64,000 bases of DNA from Thermoanaerobaculia bacterium (GTDB lineage: Bacteria; Acidobacteriota; Thermoanaerobaculia; Multivoradales; Multivoraceae). The translations under genes were made by a program, and so were the position numbers. Position 1 is the first letter of the stretch; the number at the start of each line of letters is the position of its first letter. Below the pieces are notes generated by a model. It did not search any database. It had not been told where the DNA came from and saw only the letters and a program-made list of their open reading frames with translations. This document shows, in pieces, positions 9,608 through 20,067 of this stretch. The stretch is from assembly GCA_963666565.1 (NCBI GenBank), contig OY762911.1, positions 1,440,001 to 1,504,000 of the forward strand, written 5' to 3'.

Positions 9608-10860
9608 TGGACGTCGCGAGACCGGACCTGGCGCGGAAGAAAAAGGTCCGCCGGGTGACGTACTACTCCCTCGGCGGCTTGCTGCTCGTGCTGGTCACGC
9701 TCGGTCTGCAGCAGGCGGAGCCGTCGGCGCCGCGCGTCGACCGGGACGATCTCTACATCGACACGGTGCGGCGGGGCCCGATGGTTCGGGAAGTCCGGGG
9801 GCGGGGAACGCTGGCGCCGGAGAACATCCGGTGGATTCCGGCGACGACGGAAGGCACAGTCGAGAGGATCGTTCTCGACCCGGGCGCCAAGGTGGCGCCG
9901 GACTCGGTGATCGTCGAACTGAGCAACCCGGAGCTGGAGCACCAGGCGCGGGAGGCTGAGTTGAACCTCCGCGCCGCGGAGGCTCGGTACGAGAACCGGA
10001 AGGTCGAACTCGACAGCGAGCTGCTGATGCAGAAGGCGGGGCTGGCGAGCGTGGAGGCTGCGCTGGTCGTGGCCCGGCTCGAGGCGGATGCCGACGCCGA
10101 ACTGGCGAAGGACGGTCTGGCTTCGGCGATCGAACTCCAGCGGGCGCAGGCGTCGAAGCGGGAACATGAAACGCGCTTCGCGCTGGAGGAGGAGCGTCTC
10201 GGCATCGCTGAAACGACGAAGGCGGCGAAGCTCGCCGTCGAGCGGGCGGAAGTGGATCGTCTGCGCGCGATCTGGCGGCTCCGGCTCGACCAGGTCGCGG
10301 CCCTGCGGGTCCGCGCCGGCATGCACGGCGTCCTCCAGCAGCTGCCGGTCGAGGAGGGGCAGCGCGTCAGCGCCGGAACGAGTCTGGCCCGGGTCGGAGA
10401 CCCGACGGCGCTGAAGGCCGAACTGCGGATCGCCGAGACGCAGGCGAAGGACGTTCAGATCGGGCAGATCGCTGCGGTCGACACGCGGAACGGCATCGTC
10501 CCCGGCAGGGTGGTCCGGATCGATCCGGCGGTCGAGGAAGGGACGGTGACGGTCGACGTCGCGCTGGAAGGCGACCTTCCCCGCGGCGCCCGGCCGGACC
10601 TGACCGTGGCCGGCACGATCGAGCTCGAACGGCTCGAAGATGTCGTCTTCGTCGGCCGGCCCGTCGTCGGCCGGGAAGAGAGCGAGGTCGGTCTGTTCCG
10701 CCTGGACGGCGAAGGGAACGGCGCCAGCCGAACGCGCGTGCTCCTGGGGAGAAGTTCGGCCAACACGATCGAGGTGCTGGACGGGTTGCTGCCCGGGGAT
10801 CGGGTCGTTCTGTCGGGCATGTCCGCCTGGGACGAGTTCGACCGCCTCCGTATCGACTGA
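9607..10860 (+). CDS. HlyD/MacA-like periplasmic adaptor (membrane fusion protein)
   Basis: N-terminal TM, lipoyl-like halves and long coiled coil; coupled to the ATPase gene. Confidence 0.85.
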   Translation: MDVARPDLARKKKVRRVTYYSLGGLLLVLVTLGLQQAEPSAPRVDRDDLYIDTVRRGPMVREVRGRGTLAPENIRWIPATTEGTVERIVLDPGAKVAPDSVIVELSNPELEHQAREAELNLRAAEARYENRKVELDSELLMQKAGLASVEAALVVARLEADADAELAKDGLASAIELQRAQASKREHETRFALEEERLGIAETTKAAKLAVERAEVDRLRAIWRLRLDQVAALRVRAGMHGVLQQLPVEEGQRVSAGTSLARVGDPTALKAELRIAETQAKDVQIGQIAAVDTRNGIVPGRVVRIDPAVEEGTVTVDVALEGDLPRGARPDLTVAGTIELERLEDVVFVGRPVVGREESEVGLFRLDGEGNGASRTRVLLGRSSANTIEVLDGLLPGDRVVLSGMSAWDEFDRLRID

Positions 10861-10871
10861 GGAGGGCGGAC

Positions 10872-11048
10872 CTACCCCATGAAGAAGCCCTTCCGGTGCG
10901 AGACGCCGAGCACCTTCCTGCACAGCGCGCAGAAGTAGACGTAGCGCTTGCCCAGAACTCCCGAGACCTTCCGGAAGTAGATGCCCACCGGCTGCTCGCA
11001 GTGGGGGCACAGGGGCGTGATGTCGTTGCGTTCTTCAGCCTGAATCAT
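10872..11048 (-). CDS. Small 58-aa zinc-ribbon-like protein (absent from ORF track)
   Basis: Manual translation MIQAEERNDITPLCPHCEQPVGIYFRKVSGVLGKRYVYFCALCRKVLGVSHRKGFFMG; two CxxC; GGAGAGGAG RBS. Confidence 0.7.
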   Translation of the reverse strand: MIQAEERNDITPLCPHCEQPVGIYFRKVSGVLGKRYVYFCALCRKVLGVSHRKGFFMG

Positions 11049-11102
11049 GGCGTTGTCTCCTCTCCGTCGTTTCTGGTTCTGCTTGCCGGCCGTGGTTCGG
11101 TC

Positions 11103-12233
11103 TCAGCCGTGCGTGTCGTTCGGCGGCTCGTAGCCCCAGGCTTCCACGGCGAAGCCCCAATGCCGGTCGACGACGTCGATCGTCTCCGGATCGATCCGGT
11201 AGGCGTTCTTGCGATAGCCCGACAGCGTCCCGAGGTAGTCGGCGACCGGCTGGCGGGCCCGCTCCCAGCCCGGCAGGTCGAGCTCGGCGTAGAGACGCTC
11301 GAGTTCGGCCATCGGGGCTCTCTCCAGATCCTCGAAGCGGACTTCGGCCAGGTGTCCCTTCGGGATCGACTCCCGGTCCTTCATGTACTGCCTCATCATC
11401 GCGGCGTAGGAGTCGAGCATGCTGGCGATCACCTCGTCCGGGTCCGCGTCGGCCAGTTGGCAGATGGGCAGCACCTTCCCGTACAGGTGCTTCATCGACC
11501 GGTAGACCAGGTAGGGATTCCGCACGATGTGGATGAACTTCGCGTCGGGGAACAGGCGCCGGAGCTCGGCGGTGCGGCCGAGGTTGGTCGGACTCTTGAG
11601 CACGAGCCGGCGGCCGCCAGCCGCCAGCGTGGCCTTGCGAAGCACGTCGAGATAGGCGCGTTCCCACCGCGTCATCTCGGAGCTCGTCAGCCGCATCGTC
11701 GCGTACTTCTCCTGGTACTCCCTCGCCCGGTTGGGGAAGGTGAGGTGATGCACGAACGACAGGTGCGACGTGTTGGCGAGCGCGATCTCCTCCTCCTGCG
11801 GCAGCTCCACGGACACGGCCATGTTGTCCATCGGGCGCGTCGCGGGCATTCCCCGGGCGACGAGCCGCTCCAGCCGGCCGCGCGCGACCAGGAACATCGG
11901 CGCCGCGACGGCCTGGAAGGTCGAGACGACGCCCAGGCCCGGGTCTTGCGCGAGCACGTTGTGCAGGTGCGTGGTGCCCGAGCGGCCGAAGCCGTGGATG
12001 TACAGCGGCGCGTGGGCGATCGGGACCCGCGCCATTCGCGCCGGGCCGTAGCGGAGGCGCTCGGCGACCCGCAGCGGGGCGAACAGGGCGGTGATCGCGA
12101 GCACCTTCGCCAGCTTGCCCCAGTACCGCGGCGGCACGCCTCCGTTGTCCGCGATGAGCCGAAGCCAGACGCCGAGCGGCGCCATCGTGAACGGGTGCTG
12201 CCCGGAGGTCCTGGGGGCGTCCACGACGGTCAT
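11103..12233 (-). CDS. PAPS-dependent sulfotransferase (Stf3-like)
   Basis: GFGRSGTTHLHNVL 5'-PSB loop; RPMDNM...PQEEE; VLKSP; FIHIVRNP; RFEDL. Confidence 0.88.
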   Translation of the reverse strand: MTVVDAPRTSGQHPFTMAPLGVWLRLIADNGGVPPRYWGKLAKVLAITALFAPLRVAERLRYGPARMARVPIAHAPLYIHGFGRSGTTHLHNVLAQDPGLGVVSTFQAVAAPMFLVARGRLERLVARGMPATRPMDNMAVSVELPQEEEIALANTSHLSFVHHLTFPNRAREYQEKYATMRLTSSEMTRWERAYLDVLRKATLAAGGRRLVLKSPTNLGRTAELRRLFPDAKFIHIVRNPYLVYRSMKHLYGKVLPICQLADADPDEVIASMLDSYAAMMRQYMKDRESIPKGHLAEVRFEDLERAPMAELERLYAELDLPGWERARQPVADYLGTLSGYRKNAYRIDPETIDVVDRHWGFAVEAWGYEPPNDTHG

Positions 12234-12441
12234 GGTAGCGCTGGGGTGAATGCGCGGAAGCCGGCGCTTCGCGTCGGATGCCGGCGGGAACCGGGTGGCG
12301 CGGTCCGCGCCACACGCGACTCAGTCCGCGCGTCTGTCAGCGGGCGCGCGGATGGCACCCCGGCGCGCCCGGTGGCCGATTGCGGCGGAGCGTCCCGTCG
12401 GGGAACATAGGCCGCATGTGCTTCAACCAGAAGGACCAGCC

Positions 12442-13728
12442 ATGAAGATCCTCCTCTACTGTCTGGCGGCCCTCGTCGTCATCGTCCTGGCGCTGTACTT
12501 CGCGTTCTTCTTCAATCCCCAGACGGAAGAACAGGAGGAGGTGAACGCGGCCTGGAGCCGGTTCGCCGAGGAGGTCGCGGAGATGGGCCGGGCCGTCGAG
12601 AGCGCGCCGTTCAACCGCGACGAACGGACCGCCGCCGCGGGATACCGGCACCTCGCCCGCTTTCTGTCGACCTTCCTGGCCGACTTCACGGACCTGCGGA
12701 ATCCGGACTACCCGCAATTCTCCCGATTCCCGAACAGCGTCGCCCGAGTCGGCTGGGACAACCCGGACAACCCCTATCTCGCGTTCGCGGTGCGGGGCGA
12801 CCACGTCTACCGGCTGCGCGGGAACGTGACGAACTTCGACCTCGTGACGATCAACGTCTACAGCGGCATGCTCGGCCACACGCCGGTGAGGAAGATCCGC
12901 ACGGTGTCGAGCATCGCCTCGGACGATCTCGACGTCGACGAGAACGGCGGCTTCGTCCTGACGCTGAGCGCCGTGCGGGCCGAGGGCGACTGGCTGAAGC
13001 TGGAGCCGGACGCCTACATGGTCATCGTCCGGCGCCTCGTGTCGGACTGGGAGAAGACGGACGAGGGCCTCTGGGAGATCCTCAACCTGACCACGCTGGG
13101 CGCCGGCGCACCCCGCCCGACGCCCGAGTCGGTCGCGCGCTCGCTCGACGACGCCGCGACCCAGACCCGCTCGCTGCGGGAGCTGCTAACGCTGGTGCAT
13201 CGGATCACGTTCCAGCTCGCGCTCAGGCCCAACAGGGTCTCGGAACCCGCCGAGGCCGACCCGAACCTGCCGATGGCCGACGCCTTCCAGGCGGCCTCCC
13301 GTGGCTGGTTCCGGCTGGAGGAGGACGAGGCCCTGCTGGTCGACGTGCCGGTCGCCGACTGCCGCTACACGAACATCCAGCTCGCCAACCCGTGGATGGA
13401 ATCGCTCGACTACGCCAGCCACCAGTCGAGCCTGAATCACCGTACCGCGCATGCGGACGCCGACGGCCGCGTGCGGTACGTGATCAGCCGCCGGGACCCC
13501 GGCGTACAGAACTGGCTCGACACCGCCGGCTGGGCGGAGGGGTCGCTCTGCGCCCGGTGGACGTACTGCAGCGAGTATCCGACCGGGGTCACGGCGCAGG
13601 TAGTGAAGCTGGACGAGCTCGACAGCCACCTACCCGCCGAAACGCCGAGGGTCGGCCCGGAGGAACGCGCGCGGATCGTGGCGGCGCGGCAGGCCGCGAT
13701 CAGCCGGCGCTATGCCGGCGGCTCGTAG
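12442..13728 (+). CDS. DUF1214-like membrane-anchored protein
   Basis: [34 protein letters not shown] motifs; N-terminal TM; AAGGA RBS. Confidence 0.75.
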   Translation: MKILLYCLAALVVIVLALYFAFFFNPQTEEQEEVNAAWSRFAEEVAEMGRAVESAPFNRDERTAAAGYRHLARFLSTFLADFTDLRNPDYPQFSRFPNSVARVGWDNPDNPYLAFAVRGDHVYRLRGNVTNFDLVTINVYSGMLGHTPVRKIRTVSSIASDDLDVDENGGFVLTLSAVRAEGDWLKLEPDAYMVIVRRLVSDWEKTDEGLWEILNLTTLGAGAPRPTPESVARSLDDAATQTRSLRELLTLVHRITFQLALRPNRVSEPAEADPNLPMADAFQAASRGWFRLEEDEALLVDVPVADCRYTNIQLANPWMESLDYASHQSSLNHRTAHADADGRVRYVISRRDPGVQNWLDTAGWAEGSLCARWTYCSEYPTGVTAQVVKLDELDSHLPAETPRVGPEERARIVAARQAAISRRYAGGS

Positions 13729-13981
13729 CTGGGCCGGCAGAGAGATCGCGAGCCCGGGACGGGGTTTCTGCGTGATCGTGGCGGTTCGCCAACGTGCCGC
13801 TGACTTCCTTCGAGAGTCCGCACGGATGCGCCTGCAAGCGTCCCGCGGCTTCGCCCGGGCGCGCCGGTGGGGGATGGAGGGCGGCTGGTATTGGCTCGGC
13901 GGATCGTCCGGGGTCCCGCCGCCGGCGGGGAAGCGCGGCCTCGGATACACTGGCTTGCGGACTCTGGACGGACCGCTTGCC

Positions 13982-14641
13982 ATGACCGACGACGAACTGA
14001 AGGCGCTTGTTGCCAGGATCGCCGAATCCCAGGACCGGGCCGACGCCCGACAGGCGAAGATCGACGCCCGACAGGCGAAGATCGACGCCCAATTGGCGGA
14101 GAACGCCGCCCAACAGGCGAAGACCGACGCGCAACTGGCGAAGACCGACGCGCAACTGGCGAAGACCGACGCGCAACTGGCGAAGACCGACGCGCAACTG
14201 GCGAAGACCGACGCCAAGCTGAACCGGCTGGCGGAGATGTACGGCGGCCTCGGGAACAGCCTGGGCCAGGCGGCGGAGGAGTTCTTCTTCAACAGCCTCG
14301 ATGCCGACCCGGTACTGGGCGGCGGTCGCTTCGATGTCGTAACCAAGAACTTCCGTCGCAAGCGCGCCGGGCTGGAGGACGAGTTCGACCTGGTGCTGGC
14401 CAACGGTCGCGAGGTGCTGGTCGTGGAGGTCAAGTACAAGGCGCACGAGAACGACCTGCGGCGGCTGCTGGACAAGAAGGCGCCCAACTTCCGGCGCCTG
14501 TTTCTCGAGTACGCGGATCACGAACAGGGTCTGGCCTTGGCGTCTTTCCGCGTTCACGATGAACTCAAGCAGGCGGCCCTGGAGCGGGGCGTGACCGTGC
14601 TGCAGCGCAAGGGCGACGTGATCGAGACCATCGCCGCCTGA
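13982..14641 (+). CDS. Coiled-coil repeat protein with C-terminal PD-(D/E)XK nuclease-like domain (DUF3782-like)
   Basis: Heptad repeats DAQLAKT; G..AEEFF; EFDLVL..G..VLVVEVK. Confidence 0.72.
   Translation: MTDDELKALVARIAESQDRADARQAKIDARQAKIDAQLAENAAQQAKTDAQLAKTDAQLAKTDAQLAKTDAQLAKTDAKLNRLAEMYGGLGNSLGQAAEEFFFNSLDADPVLGGGRFDVVTKNFRRKRAGLEDEFDLVLANGREVLVVEVKYKAHENDLRRLLDKKAPNFRRLFLEYADHEQGLALASFRVHDELKQAALERGVTVLQRKGDVIETIAA
14042..14209 (+). repeat. 21-bp in-frame tandem repeat, 8 units
   Basis: GACGCGCAACTGGCGAAGACC x4 exact plus 4 variant units. Confidence 0.9.
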
Positions 14642-14679
14642 TCCGGCGGTCCGCCCGCGCACCCAGCGGCCGTCCGCCT

Positions 14680-16146
14680 TCAGGCGAGGACTTCCCGCAC
14701 GACCCGCGCCTTCTCGACGCCGGTCAACCGTGCATCCAGCCCCTGGTGGCGGTAGGTGAACCGCTCGTGGTCGATGCCGAACAGGTGCAGCACCGTGGCC
14801 TGGAGGTCGTGGACGTGGACCGGATCCTCGATGATGTTGTAGGAGAAGTCGTCCGTCTCGCCGTGGACGACGCCGCCCTTGACGCCGCCGCCGGCCATCC
14901 AGATGCTGAAGCAGCGGGGGTGATGGTCGCGGCCGTAGTTGTCCGCGGTCAGGGCGCCCTGGGAGTAGATCGTGCGTCCGAACTCGCCGCCCCAGATGAC
15001 CAGGGTCTCGTCGAACAGGCCGCGCTCCTTCAGGTCCTGAATCAAGGCCCAGGCGGCCCGGTCGACGTCGCGGGCCTGGGCCGGCAGCACCGTCGGCAGG
15101 ATGGAGTGGACGTCCCAGCCCCGGTGGTAGATCTGCACGAACCGGACCCCGCGCTCGACCAGCCGCCGGGCCATGAGCGCCGCGTTCTGGAACTTGCCGG
15201 GCTGCCGGGCTTCCTCGCCCCAGCGTTCCCAGGTGCGCTCCGGCTCGGCCGACAGGTCGGCCATCTCCGGCACCGATGACTGCATGCGAAACGCCATCTC
15301 GTACTGCTCGATGCGGGCCAGGGTCTCCGGATCGCCGATCTGGGCGTGGCGCAGCCGGTTCAGTTCGCTCATCCCGTCGAGCACGCGCCGGCGGACGTCG
15401 GGCGAGACGCCGTGGGGGTCCTTGAGATAGAGGACCGGCTCGTCTCCGGTCTGGAGCCCCACGCCGGCGTACTCGGGCGACAGGAAGCCGGCGCTCCAGA
15501 GCTTTGCCGAGATCGCCTGCAGGCCGGCGCGCGGGTGGCTGCGCTCGGCGTTCATCACGACGAAGGTGGGCAGGTCTTCGTTCATGCTGCCGAGGCCGTA
15601 CGCGAACCAGGAGCCGATGCACGGCCGGCCCGGGATCTGCTGGCCGGTCTGGATGAAGGTGATGCCCGGCTCGTGGTTGATCGCGTCGGTGTGCATCGAG
15701 CGGATGACCGCGATGTCGTCCGCCATGCTCGCCGTGTGGGGCAGGAGCTCGGAGAACCACGCGCCGTTCCCGCCGTGCTGGGAGAACTCGAAGACGGACG
15801 GCGCGATCGGGAAGCGCGACTGGCCGGAGGTCATCGTCGTCAGCCGCTGCCCCTGCCGGATCGAATCGGGCAGGTCCTGGTCGAAGTACTCCTTCATCTT
15901 CGGCTTGTAGTCGAGCAGGTCCATCTGCGGCGGCGCGCCCATCATGTGGAGGTAGATGCACTGCTTCGCCTTCGGCGCGAAATGCGGCAGATCGGGCAGG
16001 CCGCCGAAGCGGTCCCGGGCGACCGGCAGGGCGAAGAGGTCGTCGGCCATCAGGCTGGCCAGCGCCAAGCCGCCGATGCCGCGGGCGGCCGTGCCGAAGA
16101 ACTGGCGCCTCGTCTCGGCTCGAACGGTTTCCTTCAGTGGGTCCAT
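14680..16146 (-). CDS. DUF1501 family (sulfatase-like) Tat-exported protein
   Basis: TRRQFF Tat motif; HFAPKAK; ARRLVERGVRFVQ; GWDVH; WGGEFGRT; GRDHHP. Confidence 0.88.
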   Translation of the reverse strand: MDPLKETVRAETRRQFFGTAARGIGGLALASLMADDLFALPVARDRFGGLPDLPHFAPKAKQCIYLHMMGAPPQMDLLDYKPKMKEYFDQDLPDSIRQGQRLTTMTSGQSRFPIAPSVFEFSQHGGNGAWFSELLPHTASMADDIAVIRSMHTDAINHEPGITFIQTGQQIPGRPCIGSWFAYGLGSMNEDLPTFVVMNAERSHPRAGLQAISAKLWSAGFLSPEYAGVGLQTGDEPVLYLKDPHGVSPDVRRRVLDGMSELNRLRHAQIGDPETLARIEQYEMAFRMQSSVPEMADLSAEPERTWERWGEEARQPGKFQNAALMARRLVERGVRFVQIYHRGWDVHSILPTVLPAQARDVDRAAWALIQDLKERGLFDETLVIWGGEFGRTIYSQGALTADNYGRDHHPRCFSIWMAGGGVKGGVVHGETDDFSYNIIEDPVHVHDLQATVLHLFGIDHERFTYRHQGLDARLTGVEKARVVREVLA

Positions 16147-16163
16147 TTGCCAGAGCCCTCCCG

Positions 16164-19100
16164 CTACTTGTTCAGGGTCTCGTCCAGGTTCATCAACTGG
16201 CTCGCCATCATGGTCCAGGCCGCCGACTCGGACATGGGCAGGCCGGCGTCATGGGCCGACTCGCCGACGTTCACCAACTCCTTTGCCGCCGCCCCGTCGG
16301 CGCCGTAGAGGTCGATCAGGCCGTCGTACGTCCGTCGCGCCACCGCCCGCTCGCCGTCGTCGAAGTCACGGGCCAGCAGCCGGGTCGTGAGGTAGTCGAG
16401 CCGACGGTCGAAGTCGTCGCCGGCTTCCCGCATCGCGCGCTGGGCGAGGAAGCGCGACGCCTCGACGAACTGGGTGTCGTTCATCGTGACCAGCGCCTGG
16501 AGCGGCGTGTTCGTCCGTTCGCGGCGGACCATCGAGTGCTCGCGGTTCCCGGCGTCGAAGATCGTCATCGACGGCGGCGGCGCGGCGCGCTTCCAGAAGG
16601 TGTAGAGGCTTCGCCGGTAGAGTTTGTCCCCCGAATCCCGCCGGTAACGGGACGTGTTGCTCGAGTTCATCGCCACCCGTTCCCAGTGGCCTTCCGGCTG
16701 GTAGGGCTTGACGCTCGGGCCGCCGATCGTGCGCACCAGGAGTCCGCTGGCGGCGAGCGCGGTGTCGCGGACCATCTCGGCGTCCATCCGGAAACGCGGG
16801 CCGCGCGAGAGCAGCCGGTTGTCCGGGTCCTGCTCCAGCTTCTCTGGCGTGAGCGTGGCCGCCTGCCGGTAGGTCGACGACGTCACCAGCCGCCGGAAGA
16901 AGCCCTTGACGTCCCAGCCCGATTCCCGGAACTCGGTCGCGAGGTAGTCGAGGAGCTCGGGGTGCGTCGGCACGTCGCCCTGGGCGCCGAAGTCCTCGCT
17001 CGTCGTGACGAGCCCGGCGCCGAAGACTTGCTGCCAGAAGCGGTTGACGGTGACCCGCGCCGTCAGCGGATTCGCCTCGTCCACCAGCCAGTGGGCGAGG
17101 CCCAGCCGGTTGCGGGGGAGGTGTTCCGGCATCGGAGGCAGCGCGGCGGGGGTTGCCGCCGTCACCCGTTCGCGCGGCTGGTCGTACATGCCGCGATGGA
17201 GGACGCGCGCCGCCGCCTCGCTGCCGGGAAGCTCCTGCATGACGTGGGTGATCGAGCCGCGGCGCCGCAGCTCCCGCCACTCGCCGTCGATCTCCAGCCT
17301 GCGGTCCACGAGGCGGCGATACTCCTCGTCGTTCGTGTTCGCGTAGCTCAGCAGGAGGCTTCGGCGTTCGTCGCCGGTCAGCTTCCGGGCCGGCTTTCGG
17401 GTGGCCGCGCGGATCCCGCTCCACTCGGAGACGACGCGGGCTTCCTCGACCGAGAGGACGCGGTCGAAGACGCGCACGTCGGCGACGCCGCCGCCGGCGA
17501 AGTGCTGGGCACTGCCCTCCGTTCGCCGATCGTGGCGGCCGAGGTAGAACGGCCGGTCCGTTCGGATGCGGCCCTCCACCTTGGCGAAGAACTCGCTGCC
17601 CTGCTCGGGAACGCGGTCGCCGTCGCGGTAGATGTGCAGGCCGCCGCGCTCGCCGGAGCCGTCGTGCGTGAAGACGACGTGGGTCCACTCGCCGGGCGTC
17701 AACCGTTGCGTGTTGTTGGGGTTGATCGAGACGCTGGTGGCGCCGCGGCCGGGTCCGGCGCGGTCGCCCCTGAGGCGGAAGTGCAGCTCGCGAGCTCCGA
17801 GCGTGACCTGCCAGCCGCGGTCGGCGTCGTGCGGGTCGCTCTGGCTGGCGACCGTGTAGCTGCCCTCGGCCTCGGGCATGTAGATCCACGTGGCCAGCGA
17901 GAACGGCGTGCCGGTGTCGAGTTCCAGCGGCGGCAGCTCGGCCGAGGCCTCGTCGCCGAAGAGCAGGGCCGGAAGGCCGTTGGGGCCCGGCTCGACGCGG
18001 ACTTCGCCGTGGAGCGAGACGGGCCGCCGTTCGCCTTCGACCAGGACGGCGGGTTCGAAACCGCCGCCGAGATCGAGACGCAGGATCTCGGAGTCGGCGC
18101 CCAGCGGCGCTTCGATCTCGCGGTGGGCGCCGCCCGTCAGCCACTCGGAGAAGGCGGGCTCCACCGAGCCGAGACGCTTCGCCAGCGCGTCTTCGATCTC
18201 GCCGACCTCCTCGCGCAGCCGGTACCAGGTCTCGCGGTCCTCGTCCCGCGGCACGACCAGGGTCGGCGGCGGATCGGAGATGTTGCCGTCCATCACGTAC
18301 TGCGTCGTGTTGCGGAAGAACGCGGTCAGCGCGTAGAACTCGCGTTGGCTTACGGGATCGAACTTGTGGTCGTGGCAGGTCGCGCATCCGACGGTCAGCC
18401 CCATGAACACGCTGCCGATCGTTTCGGCCCGGTCCTTGGCGTAGATCGCCTCGTACTCCTCGATCACCACGCCGCCCTCGTTCGTCGTGATGTTGTTGCG
18501 CTGGAACCCGGTGGCGATCAACTGGTCGAGGGTCGGTTCCGGCAGCAGGTCGCCGGCGATCTGGTCGAGCGTGAACCGGTCGAACGGCTGGTTCCGGTTG
18601 AACGCCTGGATCACCCAGTCCCGGTAGGCGTACATCTCCCGGTAGTTGTCGATGTGGATGCCGTGGGTGTCGCCGTAGCGGGCCGCGTCCAGCCAGTAGC
18701 GGGCGCGGTGCTCGCCCCAGTGCGGCGAGGCGAGGAGACGGTCGACGAGCCGCTCGTAAGCGCCTTCTTCCGTGTCGTCGAGGAAGGTCGCGAGCGTGCC
18801 GGGATCGGGCGGCAGGCCGGTCAGGTCGAGGGCGGCGCGACGGGCCAGGGTGCGGCGGTCGGCCTCCCCGGCGGGCGTGAGCTCCTCCGCCTCGAGCCGC
18901 GCCAGGATGAAGCGGTCGAGCGGGTCGCGGGCCCAGGCGTTGTCGTCGACCGCGGGCGGCGCCGGCCGCTCGATGGCGGCGAAGGACCAGTGCTCGTCCC
19001 AGGCAGCTCCCTGCTCGATCCAGCGCGTGAGCGCTTCGATCTGCTCGCCGGAGAGCGACTTCTGCGACACCTCGGGCGGCATCCGCCGGAGTGGGTCCGA

Positions 19101-19418
19101 GTGGTTGATGCGCTCGACCAGCAGGCTGGCGCCCGTGTCGCCGGGCACGACCGCGGGACCGCGAGGCCGGTTGCTGCGGCCCGCCGGAGGCCGCGGGCTG
19201 AACGCCCCGTTGCGCGTGTCGAGCCGGAGGTCCGCCTCGCGGGTCGCCTCGTCGGGACCGTGGCAGGCGAAGCAGTTGTCGGAGAGGATCGGCCGGACGT
19301 CGCGCTGGAAGTCGACGGCGGAAGCGGGCTCGGCCGCGGCGGCACCCAGCGAGGTCGCCGGGCTGCAGACGGCGATTACCGTCGCTAGCAGGAACGGGCG
19401 GAACACTCTATGGAGCAT
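16164..19418 (-). CDS. DUF1549/DUF1553 planctomycete-type cytochrome c protein with LamG-like insert
   Basis: CFACH and CATCHDHKFDP heme motifs; WLDAARYGDT; NRFWQQVFG; PLQALVTMN; start placed at the signal-peptide Met. Confidence 0.88.
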   Translation of the reverse strand: MLHRVFRPFLLATVIAVCSPATSLGAAAAEPASAVDFQRDVRPILSDNCFACHGPDEATREADLRLDTRNGAFSPRPPAGRSNRPRGPAVVPGDTGASLLVERINHSDPLRRMPPEVSQKSLSGEQIEALTRWIEQGAAWDEHWSFAAIERPAPPAVDDNAWARDPLDRFILARLEAEELTPAGEADRRTLARRAALDLTGLPPDPGTLATFLDDTEEGAYERLVDRLLASPHWGEHRARYWLDAARYGDTHGIHIDNYREMYAYRDWVIQAFNRNQPFDRFTLDQIAGDLLPEPTLDQLIATGFQRNNITTNEGGVVIEEYEAIYAKDRAETIGSVFMGLTVGCATCHDHKFDPVSQREFYALTAFFRNTTQYVMDGNISDPPPTLVVPRDEDRETWYRLREEVGEIEDALAKRLGSVEPAFSEWLTGGAHREIEAPLGADSEILRLDLGGGFEPAVLVEGERRPVSLHGEVRVEPGPNGLPALLFGDEASAELPPLELDTGTPFSLATWIYMPEAEGSYTVASQSDPHDADRGWQVTLGARELHFRLRGDRAGPGRGATSVSINPNNTQRLTPGEWTHVVFTHDGSGERGGLHIYRDGDRVPEQGSEFFAKVEGRIRTDRPFYLGRHDRRTEGSAQHFAGGGVADVRVFDRVLSVEEARVVSEWSGIRAATRKPARKLTGDERRSLLLSYANTNDEEYRRLVDRRLEIDGEWRELRRRGSITHVMQELPGSEAAARVLHRGMYDQPRERVTAATPAALPPMPEHLPRNRLGLAHWLVDEANPLTARVTVNRFWQQVFGAGLVTTSEDFGAQGDVPTHPELLDYLATEFRESGWDVKGFFRRLVTSSTYRQAATLTPEKLEQDPDNRLLSRGPRFRMDAEMVRDTALAASGLLVRTIGGPSVKPYQPEGHWERVAMNSSNTSRYRRDSGDKLYRRSLYTFWKRAAPPPSMTIFDAGNREHSMVRRERTNTPLQALVTMNDTQFVEASRFLAQRAMREAGDDFDRRLDYLTTRLLARDFDDGERAVARRTYDGLIDLYGADGAAAKELVNVGESAHDAGLPMSESAAWTMMASQLMNLDETLNK

Positions 19419-19467
19419 GGATGTGCTAGAGGATAGACCACCTGCGCCTCGCGCCCCCCGAAGGGAC

Positions 19468-20010
19468 ATGAAGATGATCGAAGAGATCCTGACTTTCTGG
19501 TTCGAGCAGAACGGCCCCAAGCAATGGTGGAGCAGCGATCCGCAGTTCGACGCGGCAATCCGCTCGCGGTTCGGAGCGCTGCACGACCGGGCCGTCCAGG
19601 GGGAACTGTACGGCTGGCGTGACGCGCCGCAAGGCCGCCTCGCCGAGATCGTCGTGCTCGACCAGTTCTCGCGCAACCTCTACCGCGACGACCCGCGCGC
19701 CTTCGCGGCCGACGGAATGGCCCTGGCGCTGGCACAGGAGGCGGTCCGGATCGGCGCCGACCGGGCGGTTCTTCCGGCCCGGCGGCAGTTCTTCTACATG
19801 CCCTACGAGCACAGCGAGTCGCCGCGAATCCACGAGACCGCAGTCTCGCTGTTCGAGAGCCTCGACGACCCGGAGCTCCTGGACTTCGAACTCCGGCACA
19901 AGGCGATCATCGATCGCTTCGGGCGCTATCCGCATCGCAACCGCGTCCTCGGCCGCTCTTCGACGCCAGAGGAGATCGCGTTCCTTCGGGAGCCCGGGTC
20001 GTCGTTCTGA
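19468..20010 (+). CDS. DUF924 family protein
   Basis: ILTFWF, LAEIVVLDQFSRN, FFYMPYEHSE and RFGRYPHRN motifs. Confidence 0.9.
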   Translation: MKMIEEILTFWFEQNGPKQWWSSDPQFDAAIRSRFGALHDRAVQGELYGWRDAPQGRLAEIVVLDQFSRNLYRDDPRAFAADGMALALAQEAVRIGADRAVLPARRQFFYMPYEHSESPRIHETAVSLFESLDDPELLDFELRHKAIIDRFGRYPHRNRVLGRSSTPEEIAFLREPGSSF

Positions 20011-20067
20011 CGAGCGGGCTCGGAGGTCTCTGGACCCGCGAGGCGACCGCGTAGTACGTTGGCGGCG

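Noticed and set aside
16137-19388. Very long antisense or alternate-frame ORFs (also 759-2609, 23276-25936, 49708-53520, 53996-57145)
   Set aside because: Shadow ORFs expected at this GC content opposite genes with clear family motifs; no motifs of their own.
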